This document shows positions 10,785 through 22,125 of a stretch of DNA of 35,404 nucleotides, piece by piece. This stretch comes from Octopus bimaculoides. Its lineage: Eukaryota. The position numbers were made by a program, and so were the translations under genes. The notes below the pieces were generated by a model. That model searched no databases, was not told the DNA's origin, and saw only the letters and a program-made list of their open reading frames with translations. The stretch's first letter is position 1, and each line of letters starts with the position of its first letter. The stretch spans positions 168,544,732 to 168,580,135 of the forward strand of contig NC_068981.1 of assembly GCF_001194135.2 (NCBI RefSeq), written 5' to 3'.

Positions 10785-12517
10785 ATAGAAATTTTTTGTT
10801 ACCCAGTTTCATTGATTTTGTTCAGTTTGTGACATATATTATTATCATCAGCATTTAACATCCACTTCTTCATACTTGCATGGTCAGGTGGATGCCCTTC
10901 CTGTTCCAAACAAAGCAATATTTCCCATGGCAAAACATGGATTTCATGGAAGACTGTAAACGAACAACATCACTTGTATAGCAGCAATACTTGTTCACAA
11001 CAACCATCACATGATGTCAAATCAAAGGTATACACACACACACACACACATTATATATATATTTATATGACAAGATACTGTCAACCACAAGGTTTTTGGT
11101 CAGGTCAGGGCTACAGTAGAAGACAATCGCCCAAGGTGTCACACAGTTGAACTGAACCTTAGACCACATGGCTGGGAAGCAAGTTTCATAAGCAAACAGC
11201 TAAGTATGTACTTATTTGATGGTTGGCATTAGGAGGGGCATCCAAATGTAGAAACCATGCTAGAACAGACATGGAGCCTGAACAGCTCTCCAACTGGAAA
11301 ACAACAATCACTCTATGACTGCCTGGGTGCAGGGTCAAAACTGAAGACTTTTAGTAGCATCCTTTACTTGTCCCTATTGCCAATGAACTTATGAAAAAGG
11401 TGTGATGGTGTTGGCATTCTGGTTTGCTGAACAACCAGCATGATGAATATAATTGTAATGGGCAAGGTTTGTGCTGAGCCAGTCTCACTCTCTCATCCTT
11501 CAAACTTTTATTGGCTTGGTGCAACAAGTACGACAAGTTCAGTAGTTATCAGGATGCAAGATTTATATAAAGTCATTTTCCATTAGATGAGCAACTAAAG
11601 AACTGAAGGGCCTCATGCTCTGGGTCTGTTGGGAGTTTTTGTAAGTGACCTTCCAGAGGTAATTCCATGGCAAGCTAAGTAACCCATAGCTGGGGTCCCT
11701 GACTGGTGCTATAATGCTGGGTCAGAAATGACCTGGGAATAAAAGTGGCTAAGAGGTGGCTCTGCATTCCTCAAAATCCTGAAACTCTTATACCAGAGTC
11801 CCACCACCAGATGCAGTTTATATATAATTTTTAAGTAAGAAATATAATGATAATTTTGAATCAGAAAACAACTTACAAAATTACTCTTTCTTTCCAAATG
11901 ATGTCATTGGAAGTATACATCTTAAATACAGTTGTTTGAGTTGCAAAAAAAAAAAAAAAACAGCAGCCAAATCTACTTGAAATCACACCCAATCATCTTT
12001 AGGTGTGATATAAAAAGTTGGGATGGCCATGGCTGAAATACCTTTGATTATAGGTCTGATTCATCAAGGCTGACCTGGAGCTGGACATCAACACCATGTC
12101 TAACATCAAAATAAAGAGGAAGCTTCTTATAATCATAGATTATCAACTGGTTATTATTATCAAAATTAATGGGTTCCACTCATATTTTTTTATCCAGTTG
12201 TCATTATTAGAAAAAGTTCATCCCAAAATGATCACAATAAGCAGCTTCTACTGTATTCAGGTATTAATAATATATATTGTCCAAGGATGTCTAAGGTTAA
12301 GTTTCATAAGAGTTTTTCACAATTGTACAATAATCTGAACATTCTAATTGGCAGGTTGTAGATATTTTTTTATTGTTGTTTTCATTCAACTTGTCATTTT
12401 CTTATATTTAATAGGTTTATAACATTTAAATATGGCAGTAAACAGGTGTAACTGGATCTGATTTCTAGAAGCCCTCTTATTAAATTTTGTATTTTGTCAT
12501 TACTACCATTATTAATA

Positions 12518-12720
12518 AAGGTGTGTGGCCTAGTAGCTAAGGTACTGGACTCATAATTGTAAGGTTGCAGTTTCAATTCTCAGACTGAGCAATATATTGT
12601 GTTCTTGAGCAAAACACTTAATTTCTCATTTTTCCAGTCCACTCAGCTGAAAACAAGTGCCAGATATATCTAGGGGTTATCGCCACAATGGATAAGTGAC
12701 CTGTTCAATGGGGAATATTG
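12518..12720 (+). mobile_element. SINE family C
   Basis: TGGCCTAGTAG A-box and gttcttgagcaaaacactt block. Confidence 0.7.
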
Positions 12721-13911
12721 CATGTTTCTTCTGAGTTTCCAAGTGAAACATTTGTCTGTTGCTTGTTGTGTATCATTTGTTTGTTGAATTCTCATGTAGC
12801 AGAACTACTATCAAAAATATTCCAGCTGTGACCATTTTTCTTTTTTTTTCTTTTCATTTTCTCAGGTCTCTTAGAAATAGTGTATCAAGATTGCATCATC
12901 TAACGTGACATTTGAGGGAAATTTGGTTGCTATCTCTTGCAGGTTGAGTGACTATGCAGAAGTTTCCTGAATGGCTTTTGGTATTTTTTCTTTGTCTGGG
13001 TTAACATGGGTTGAATTGGTTTGGTTTATCAGTAAGGCTTGCTTAACCTTATGTCTTCAGTTTCCTTTCCATTGTCAACATGTTTTCAATAGTTTGTATG
13101 TGGGATAACACACAAAATGCCTTTCAGTGTTTAGCTTTATAATCTACATTCAAACTTTAACCCCTACCTCGTCACATACTAGGTGTTCATACAATCAGCT
13201 GTAGTGTTGCCCTCCCAAATTTGAGGCCCTGTACATATAGTAGAAATCAATATTACATTTTGCATGTTAATGTATTTTGTGTGGATGTGTATCATCCTCG
13301 TTATTTTAATGTCCTTGTGCCATGTGACAAGCACTTGTGCCAATGCCATGTAAAAAGCACCCAGCACACTCTGTAAAGTGGTTAGTGTTAACAAGGGCAT
13401 CCAGCTGCAGAAACCATGTCAAAACAGACAGATGGAGGCAGGGCAGCTCTCTGGCTAGCCAGCTCTTGTCAAACCATCCAACCCATGCCTGCATGGAAAA
13501 CAAACATCGAATGATGATTTTCAAATCTTGCATGGGTCAGAAAAATTTGTTGTGTCAGATTTTCTACAGTTGGACTATCTTCTGTCAACAACCCCAATCT
13601 GTTTCCAAGCAAGGTAATATGTCCCCATGGCCAGACATGTTTCTCACAGAAGACTGGAAATGAACAATCTCACTAGTATGACAAGGATGCTCATTTACAA
13701 CCATCATTTGGTGTCTAGACAAAGGTGCACAAACACACAGAGGTCATTCTTCAGCACTACTGGTCACATGTAATCCAGGTTGTCAGTGACTGCTTAGTAA
13801 GTTGCTTTTGGGACATGCTGTAGGATGAAAAACAAGACATCAAAGAGTGGATTAACTCATGAGAGTCAATGGCAATCCAATCACATGATTATATATATAT
13901 GAGCGTGATCA

Positions 13912-14248
13912 TTACTAGCGTCGCCTTACTGGCACTTGTGCTGGTGGCATGTGAACAAAACATTCGAGCGAGGTCATTGCCAGTGCTGCTGGACTGACTC
14001 CTGTGGTGGCACGTAAAAACACCATTTGAGGGTGGCCGTTGCCAGTACTGCCTGACAGGCACTCGTGTCGGTGGCATGTAAAAGCACCCACTACACTCTC
14101 GGAGTGGTTGGCATTAGGAAGGGCATCCAGCTGTAGAAACTCTGCCAAATCAGATTGGAGCCTGGTATAGCCATCTGGTTCACCAGTCCTCAAATTGTCC
14201 AACCCATGCTAGCATGGAAAGCAGACGTTAAACGATGATGATGATGAT
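13912..14248 (+). mobile_element. SINE-like family A
   Basis: Colinear with 1265-1590; (GAT)n tail. Confidence 0.85.
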
Positions 14249-14249
14249 A

Positions 14250-14470
14250 TATATAATTTGTTTGTGTGTGTCTGTCCCCCCAATCATTGTCTGATAACCA
14301 ATGTTGATGTGTTTACACCCCCGTAACTTAATGGTTTGGCAAAAGAGACTGATAGAATAAGTACTAGGCTTACAAAGAATAAGTCCTAAGGTCAATTTCT
14401 ACGACTAAAAAGCCCTTTAAGGCAGTGCTCCAGCATGGCTGCAGTCAAATGACTGAAACAAGTGAAAGAA
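14250..14470 (+). mobile_element. SINE family B, 3' half
   Basis: gatagaataagtactaggcttacaaagaataagtcc...ggcagtgctccagcatggctgcagtcaaatgactgaaac. Confidence 0.8.
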
Positions 14471-17400
14471 TAAAAAAATATTACAAAAAATTAGACAAAA
14501 AATTTGGAATTAATGTCCAGAATGCATTCAGAAAAGCTAATTTCACCTCTGTTGAAAATAAATAAATACAAATAAATAAAATTGCTGATCATTGTTATTG
14601 AGGAAAATATTCAGCCAAACACCTGCGTCTCTCAGATATAATGATATCTTTTAACATTTAGCTCCACCTTTAAACAGTGACATTAAGTAGAAGAGAAATG
14701 TTAAAATTCAGCTGTTTGTTACAACTGAAACAGTTTTGTAAACAAGTCCTGCTCAAGAATGGGTCCTTTGTATTTAGTTGTGCCAAATTCTATGCAATAA
14801 CGTAATTACTTCCCGTTTGTCATTCACTGGTGTTAACAGTTGCATCTGCTATGGTTAAAAATACATATATCTACAGCTAGAAGTAATAAGTTAACTAAAA
14901 ATAATCAGAGGAGCCAATGCAAGAGCCTCTATGTAATCGCTTGATCTACTAGAAATAAGAGCCAAGTCTCACATGTGCTACTGCTTTCAGGTAAAAGACA
15001 CAGACAAAATATAGACCTACATAAAAAAAAGAAAAATAGTTTGCAGTCCTATTTGCAGGAGATATTCAATTTCACTATCTTAGATTGCTTATCCAACCAT
15101 ATGAAAGGACCATTATGTGGTTGCTTGATCTGGTAGAAATAGTAGCTAAATATTACTTAAATCATACTCTACCATCTTAAATTAATGGTATGCTAGACAA
15201 TGTAATCCCATCTACATTATGCTGTATAAAAAAAAAAGATGGGATGGACATTAAGGGAATGTCTGTTGACCCAGAGTTAAACAATAAATTTAGATTTTCC
15301 CATCCAGAGTATAAGCAATGGAGTTTGTGAGAAAACTATCTGCAATAATTTAAAATTAGATACCATTCAAGAGAAAATCAGTCTGTCACAAAACGCTATA
15401 GCTACTGGAGTTGTGCATTAGCTCTATCTATCTTTAGAATTTCTAAAAAGCCAACTTAACCCCAGAGTTACAGCTGTCCTCTTAATAACAGGAAGATGAA
15501 GAGGATAGTTTGCGGCTTGTGGCATATGAACTTGAATGAAAAGAGACAATGAACAGTAGTGAAGACATTTTAGTCTCATTAATGTTGGTGTCACAATAAA
15601 ATGTATTAGTACACTCCGTAAATTGGTTAGCAAATGAGTGGTGCTGAGAGAACCCTTTATTTCTGTTGAGGATTTGACAACTCTATCATTAGAGCCTTAA
15701 TAAAATGCACCTGTATACACTAAATGGATGATGTTGTGGAGGACATGCAACCATAGAAACCATGTCAAAAATGGAACATATGACACGATTCTGAGACCTA
15801 TCTAAGAGTGTAGTAATTTTAAAAACAAAAGTAAGCTTGGACCATGACAAACCATCCAACCAATGCTAGTGTGGAAAGTGGAAGTAAACTGATGATGATT
15901 TCATAAACCAGACAGGGAGTGTTAGTATTCAGGAAGTGTGGTTTTCTCTATCCAGACCATTGAGACAGATGCAGTTCCTGTTTAGTTGAACATCTGTGGG
16001 CCAACGCTTGCAAAAAAGAAGCATGAGGTGAAAGAATGAGTTGACATATTTAGTGTGTATGTGCATGTGTGTGTGTGTGTGGGGGGGGGGATGAGAAAAA
16101 AGGTAAAAGGAGGAGAAGGATGAGAGACAAGTGAGTTGAGCTTGGGTGAAGATGGCATGCGGCTAACTGGTTCAGAAAAGCAGGGTCTTTCGTAAGAGAG
16201 GGGAAAAGAGAATAAAACTGCATATCAAGTGTCAAGTTCAGATCAATCAAGAAAGAGCTGAGCAACTGTTTCCTTTTAAGATGTTTTATAAAAGCTTGAG
16301 AGATATCTGACAAAATCAATGAATCAAGCTAAATGTTGGCATCTCAGTCACTAAGTTGAGTTGATTTCCTTCTTTTCTTCTTTGTTGTGGGCTACAGTTA
16401 GAAGAATCAATAGAAGTCAGCAACAGGTGATACCTTGCATAAATTATTTTGATAGTTTAGAAATATGGGACAATCAGAAAACCTAGCCTACTTTTATTCA
16501 CACTGAAAGATGGTATTACATCTGCACATGTAACAATGGCAATATGAATGACATCATCTTCATAACTTTTCTTTCACATCAATGCTCTTCAATGGAAAGA
16601 AGCATGCAGTTTTATTTTAGCATATTTACCATTATCATTATTGTTTTTGATATTAATCAATTAAATTTCAATGAATTTTGCTTCGTTTATACATGGTATC
16701 GGTAGCACACAGACCAACCAGTATCTAACAAACCAACATAGCTAATTTAGGTCATTACTTTAATGGCCCAACTAGGAGTTTTAAATTTTAATTCAACTGC
16801 AATTTAAGTATTCATTTAGTACACGTGTGTATAGAAGGGATGTTTAAGCAATGGATTACAATGGCTGTTTGTAATTATGAAATAAATTATGTCAGGAATA
16901 AATATTCTTATTCAAAACAAAGTACTGAAAGAGCACTTGTGTGAGTGTGAATTATGAGAATAAGTTTACAGGAATAGATCTGATAAACAAACCATACATT
17001 CAACTTTGCTGTTTAAATAAATGTTATCATTTAACCATAGGGCTCTCTCTGTGGAACAAACCCCAAAACAGCTCGACTAGTTTGAACAAATTATTGCTTC
17101 CTTATCAGAAGTATTGATTCACATTCATTCTACAGAGAAGAAGCAGCTTAGAGCTGCATACAAACTATTCACAACTTATCCACATACACAATGTCTCAGA
17201 ACCTTAGTTATTTTATACAAACTCACCAGAAAAAGTACTGATATGGAAAGGAGTAAAATTAGCACTTGTTGTTCATAGATTGTTTTATAAGCAGCTCTAA
17301 GATGCTTGCTCTCTTTGTGGGACTGACATCAGTTGGCACTTGTGATAAGGTAGCAGTAACCAGACAAAACTGAGATGTTCTTCAGTTCATTCTGCAGAGA

Positions 17401-17800
17401 GGGGTCTTGTGGTTTAGCCAGAGATTTATGTACAGCAGGGGTGAATGTATGCTTTGTTTATCAAAACATAAACATGCGAATTTCTTCCTAATGACAGCAC
17501 AAAGAAAAAAAAAAAAAAAAGATAAAAATCCTATCATAAATTCAGAGCAAAACCTAAACATACCAGAAACAAGAAACTATACAATGTTTATATAGTATTC
17601 AGGTTCTCTCTTTCGTACACCAAAATAAAGGGACACACTATAAAGACTATTAGGAGTGACCTAATTTTGTCTTTTCTGTTGCTGATATGAATCCACCTAA
17701 CATCGTTACAATAAATATTGCACAGGACGGAAGTCAAAATGTGTTCCAGTATGAACATCCGTCTATGGAATGGAGAGGTGCTCAATATTAAAACTAGCTC

Positions 17801-18019
17801 AGGGCGGCGAGTTGGCAGAATCGTTAGCACGCCGGGCAAAATGTTTAGTGGTATTTCGTCTGCCGTTACGTTCTGAGTTCAAATTCCACGGAGGTCGACT
17901 TTGCCTTTCATCCTTTCGGGGTCGATAAATTAAGTACCAGTTACACACTGGGGTCGATGTAATTGACTTAAACTGTTTGTCCCCTCTATGTTTAGCCTCC
18001 TGTGGGCAATAAAGAAATA
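17801..18019 (+). mobile_element. Full-length SINE family D (Deu/Nin-domain-like) with 17-bp TSD
   Basis: Flanks are aatattaaaactagctc (17784-17800) and aatatcaaaactagctc (18020-18036). The central ggtcgactttgcctttcatcctttcggggtcgataaattaagtaccag resembles the Deu/Nin SINE domain (from memory). Confidence 0.88.
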
Positions 18020-18134
18020 AATATCAAAACTAGCTCTATTAGCAATATGAAGAGAACCATAAATATGTAGAAGATAGAGGATGTAGACTGAGAATTAAAT
18101 ACAGTAAACACACACACACTCACATTCATATATT

Positions 18135-18492
18135 AGGTGGAGACATGGTTGTGAAGTTGGTGAAATGTTTCATATTCAGATGGCTTCAGGTTCCATCCCA
18201 TTGTGTAGATCTTGGGCAAATGTCTTTTACTATAGCCTTAGATTGATCAATACCCTGTGAGGCTAATTGGTAGATGGAAATGGTGTTAAATCCCATCATA
18301 TGTGTGTGTGTGTGGGTGTCCATTTCCATCACTTGACAACCAATGTTGGTTTGTTTACATTCTCGTAAGTTAGTGGTTTGGTAAAAGACTGATAAAATAA
18401 GTACCACACTTAGAAAAAAAAAGTACTGGGATTGATTTATTTAACTAAACCCTTCATGATGGTACCCCAGCATGGCTACAGTCCAATCATTG

Positions 18493-18494
<2 letters not shown>
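18135..18494 (+). mobile_element. SINE family B, old degenerate copy
   Basis: cttgggcaaatgtcttttactatagcc...ccccagcatggctacagtc. Confidence 0.65.
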
Positions 18495-18537
<43 letters not shown>

Positions 18538-18551
18538 CACACACACACACC
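18495..18551. repeat. (GT)n-TA-(CA)n self-complementary microsatellite
   Basis: Directly visible. Confidence 0.9.
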
Positions 18552-18869
18552 AACATGTATAGTGTTTATGCCTGTGTGCATGTATTTGTCTCTGTGTCTT
18601 CTCAGACACCTTTTGGATAATTAGGTATGACATTTATACCTCCTGTCAACAATACAAACTGCAGATTGGTAGTATTGTGATGTGAAGACCACTGGAATAA
18701 AACTACCTTACTTGAGAAATAGGTAAGGGTTAACAACAGGAAGGGAAGCTAAACACAGAATATTGCTTCATGACATTTTGTCCAATCCAAGGCAGAATGG
18801 AAAAAGTGGACATAAATATAATTACAGCACTAATTAGTAAGCAACTGTAATTATATTAGAGCAGAACTG

Positions 18870-19645
18870 TATATATTTCATCTTCCTTTTGTGCTACCAA
18901 CTATCCTTTTCCTTGGAAGCACTTCCATTTGTTACCTACCCTGCATTCTCAATATCATTCATTATCACTTTATTTTCCATTGAATGCTCTTTTACCATGA
19001 ACACCATCGATGCCTCCCATCACCTTTGTCCCTCACTACATTCACCCCTGTGTATCTTTAACTTCCATCTCTGTCACTGTGTATTCTTCTCTCACATTCT
19101 TCCTAGTTTTCATTATACTGCTTCTCTCCATCCTTCCTTTTTGTACTGCCACTTATCACTCTTTCTTTCAGAACCACTACGATTTTCTTCACATTCCCCC
19201 TCGAACTGATATTCACCTTTTATCATACCTCTATCTGTGTTTGCCATCCACTGCATTCACTTCTACCCCTATCTCTAACCATCTGTGATTCTCCTTTCAC
19301 TCTCATGAATTTACCCATCCACTCTTCCCAATTCTCAGTCTCTCTTACATCCACCTTCGTGTGCCTTCAGTGTATACCCTGATACCTCATTACCATTTTT
19401 TCTCTCTTTCCAGCTGAGACACCTCTTGTCCCTTTATCATATGCCAGCTCCCTCAATACAATACCACCACTCAGTGAAGGAGGTCTTGTCCTGCAAGTTA
19501 CTTGGTGACTTTACTAGTGCTGGTGTCATGTAAAAAAGCACCAAGTACATTCTGTAGAAACTATACCAAAGCATTAACGCCTGATGCAGCCCACTGGTTT
19601 GTCAGATCTTGTTGAACTGTCCAATCTATGTCAACATGGAAGACA
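18870..19645 (+). mobile_element. Decayed RTE LINE 3'UTR
   Basis: C/T-rich tract resembling the reverse complement of 7200-7950, ending in gtcttgtcctgcaagttacttggtgac...catggaagacagaggtcaaatgatgatga. Confidence 0.6.
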
Positions 19646-19890
19646 GAGGTCAAATGATGATGAGGAGTATAAATGTAAATGGAACTGCCAGCAATTTTGA
19701 TGATGAGTATATCATTTCAGCTGTTAACCAACTGAATTGACTGACTTACTAAATCATAATTTAAGTGGCTGATTATTCCACAGATACTTGTACCTTCACC
19801 TAATCTTCAGGTAGAATCAGTGTGAGTTAGAGGATCATACTTCACTCATCAGAGTTTCATTTTTTAGTTTGGTATAATATACATAAATGT

Positions 19891-20175
19891 GAAGGCACAT
19901 GGCCTTGTGGTTAGGTTACTGCACTCACAATTGCTAGATCCTGAGTTCAATTCCCAGACTGGGGAGAGCATTGTGTTCTTGAGCAAAACACTTCATTTCA
20001 CATAATTCCAGTCCACTCAGCTGTAGATAGGTAACCCTATGACAGAATACCCTTCTGATCAGGAGGAATGCTGGCTTACTCACCTAACCAGTAGGATGGC
20101 ATCGTTCAAAAACTAAAACAATGCTAAGTGCAATTTGACTAGCAATGTATAACAGTATCTGATAGTCTGGTCAAT
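19891..20175 (+). mobile_element. SINE family C
   Basis: gaaggcacatggccttgtggttagg...gagttcaattcc...ttgtgttcttgagcaaaacacttcatttcac. Confidence 0.75.
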
Positions 20176-20269
20176 AAAATGATAATACACATCCACCATA
20201 GGGTGGGTGTGTATATCCAGTTCTTATATCCACTGTGGGTGTGTTCAGTCCTTATTGTTGTGTGGTGGT

Positions 20270-20497
20270 TTGGGGGTCTCGATGACCTTGAGAACTATGT
20301 CAGTAGAGCATAATCTCCTGATAGAGGCCTATCATTCTGGATACATCAAAGGATAGAGGCTAGACTAATATGGACCACCTCTTCACAGAGGGGGGAAAAA
20401 GTAGTTATGGAAACATCAATGACAATTCAAAACTAACAGGAACAATGTAGAATGGTCATTGATGAAGTATGCTTTACAGGGAGTGAGACGCTTAAGT
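20270..20497 (+). mobile_element. RTE/BovB-type 5'UTR-like remnant
   Basis: gatgaccttgagaactatgtc...ctcctgatag...caaaggatagaggctagactaa...agtagttatggaaac resembles RTE 5'UTRs as I remember them. Confidence 0.4.
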
Positions 20498-20940
20498 ATA
20501 CATCTTATATTTTACTTGTTTCAATCATTAGACTGCAGCCATGCTGGGGCACACAATTCATGTGAAAGTGTTTGTATGTGCTCACACACACACACACACA
20601 CACACGAGTAAAATTCTCATTCATTTATCCTTAAAATACTTTCTGTACTTAATTATGCTCAAACAGATACATGTACACAAATGAAATGTAGAGATGTTAG
20701 ACAAACATGAAGAAGCAATTAAAAGGCTCAGTTTGTTGATGATGTTTTTGTTTCCTTTGTCCCAGCATGTAGATGTATATCATGTGAAATTGAATAGGTT
20801 TATGATCAAAGGAATTCTATTCATGACTATTTAAATATATCCTTGACAAAATAAGCAAAAAACAAAAAAAAAAAATCCACCTAAACAATTTTTTAAGCCA
20901 GAATACCAAAATAGTAATTTAACATAATTTGTATACCTGT

Positions 20941-21320
20941 CATCATCATCATCATCGTCGTTTAACGTCCGCTTTCCATGCTAGCATGGGTTGGATGATT
21001 TGACTGAGGACTGGTGAAACCAGATGGCTACACCAGGCTCCAATCTGATTTGGCAGAGTTTCAAAAAGCTGGATGCCTTTCCTAATGCCAACCACTCCGA
21101 GAGTGTTGTAGGTGCTTTTACGTGCCACCGGCACGAAGGCCAGTCAGGCGGTACTGGCAACGGCCATGCTCAAAATGGTGTATTTTATGTGCCACCCGCA
21201 CAAGAGCCAGTTCAGTGGCACAGGCAACGATCTCGCTCGAAAGTCCTTACACATGCCGCGGGCACAAGTGCCGGAAAGGCGATACTGGGCACAGGTGCCA
21301 GAGATGCACCTCCCGCAATT
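20941..21320 (-). mobile_element. SINE-like family A (inverted relative to the other two copies)
   Basis: Reverse complement of 1265-1590; (CAT)n at the left end. Confidence 0.85.
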
Positions 21321-21372
21321 TCTTATGCATATGTTACTCTGTCTCATGTCGTTTTGCATCTACCCCTTCCAT

Positions 21373-21708
21373 ATGTGGAAGGAGTAGACCTAGGAAGATG
21401 TAGGATGAAGTGGTGAGAAAAGATTTTGATGTTGGACCTCACAGAGGGGATGTCAAGCGGATTGAGATACCTGGCAGTTTGCTGTGCTTGAGAAGACATG
21501 TCAAGCTAAGTAAAATTGTGGTTGTCCTTGCATACAGGCATGTCTCTTGCATCCCGCTCCAGCTGAGTGTTCCTTATCTTGCAGGCATGTAGATGCTGAT
21601 GCCAGATAAAGGGCATTTGTACCAGTGCCATGTAAAAGCACCCATGCCGGTGCTGTGAAAATGTGCCCAGTACACTCTGAAAAGTGGTTGGCATTAGGAA
21701 GGGCATCC
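21373..21708 (+). mobile_element. RTE LINE 3' end (frameshifted)
   Basis: Reads CGRSRPRKM*DEVVRKD...FAVLEKTCQAK*, then a UTR ending tacactctgaaaagtggttggcattaggaagggcatcc. Confidence 0.75.
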
Positions 21709-21715
21709 ACTGGGA

Positions 21716-22125
21716 CTGAAGCTGGACCAAAGCCTTGAGAGTGGATTATAGAAGACAGAAACTGAAAGAAACCTGTCATGTGTGAGCCTTTGTGTCTGTG
21801 CCCCCTCCGACCATTTGGTAATTGGTGTTGGTGTTTGTTTGTTTATAGTTTGAGCTTAGAGCTGCAGCCATGCTGATGCACCGCCATGTAAATAATTAAC
21901 GTTCCTACACCGGGAATCGAACCCGCGCCGCCTGGGTGCAAGCCAGGAATCCTAACCACTAGACCACATAACATCCCCATAACTTAGCAGTTTGGCAAAA
22001 AGAGAAACAGAATAAGGACCAGGCTTTCAAAAAATAAGTACTGGGGTCAATTCACTCAACTAAAATTCTTTAAGGCAGTGCTCCTGTGTGGCTGTAGACT
22101 AATGATTGAAACAAGTAAAAGATAA
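21716..22125 (+). mobile_element. SINE family B host copy carrying a ~135-bp insertion
   Basis: The B sequence ...gttggtgt(g)ttt|acatccccataacttagcag... is split by 21835-21970. Confidence 0.75.
21902..21970 (-). pseudogene. tRNA-Glu-derived sequence (anticodon now TGC), forming the head of a nested mini-SINE
   Basis: Reverse complement TATGTGGTCTAGTGGTTAGGATTCCTGGCTTGCACCCAGGCGGCGCGGGTTCGATTCCCGGTGTAGGAA follows the eukaryotic tRNA-Glu(TTC) body almost base for base. Anticodon stem CCTGG/CCAGG with loop CT-TGC-AC. The first three acceptor bases are missing and there is one G-G mismatch in the T-stem. Confidence 0.85.

Noticed and set aside
18889-19288. Two ~100-aa S/L/H/F-rich ORFs (also 7488-7763)
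   Set aside because: Translations of the pyrimidine-rich RTE 3'UTR.
19836-19880. Minus-strand CTGATGAG near GAAA as a second hammerhead
   Set aside because: GAAA lies 2 nt upstream of the core rather than after a stem II, and no stems can be formed.
21902-21973. Functional tRNA-Ala(TGC) gene
   Set aside because: The body is Glu-type, the first three acceptor pairs are absent, the T-stem has a G-G mismatch, and it is fused to a SINE tail inside another SINE.
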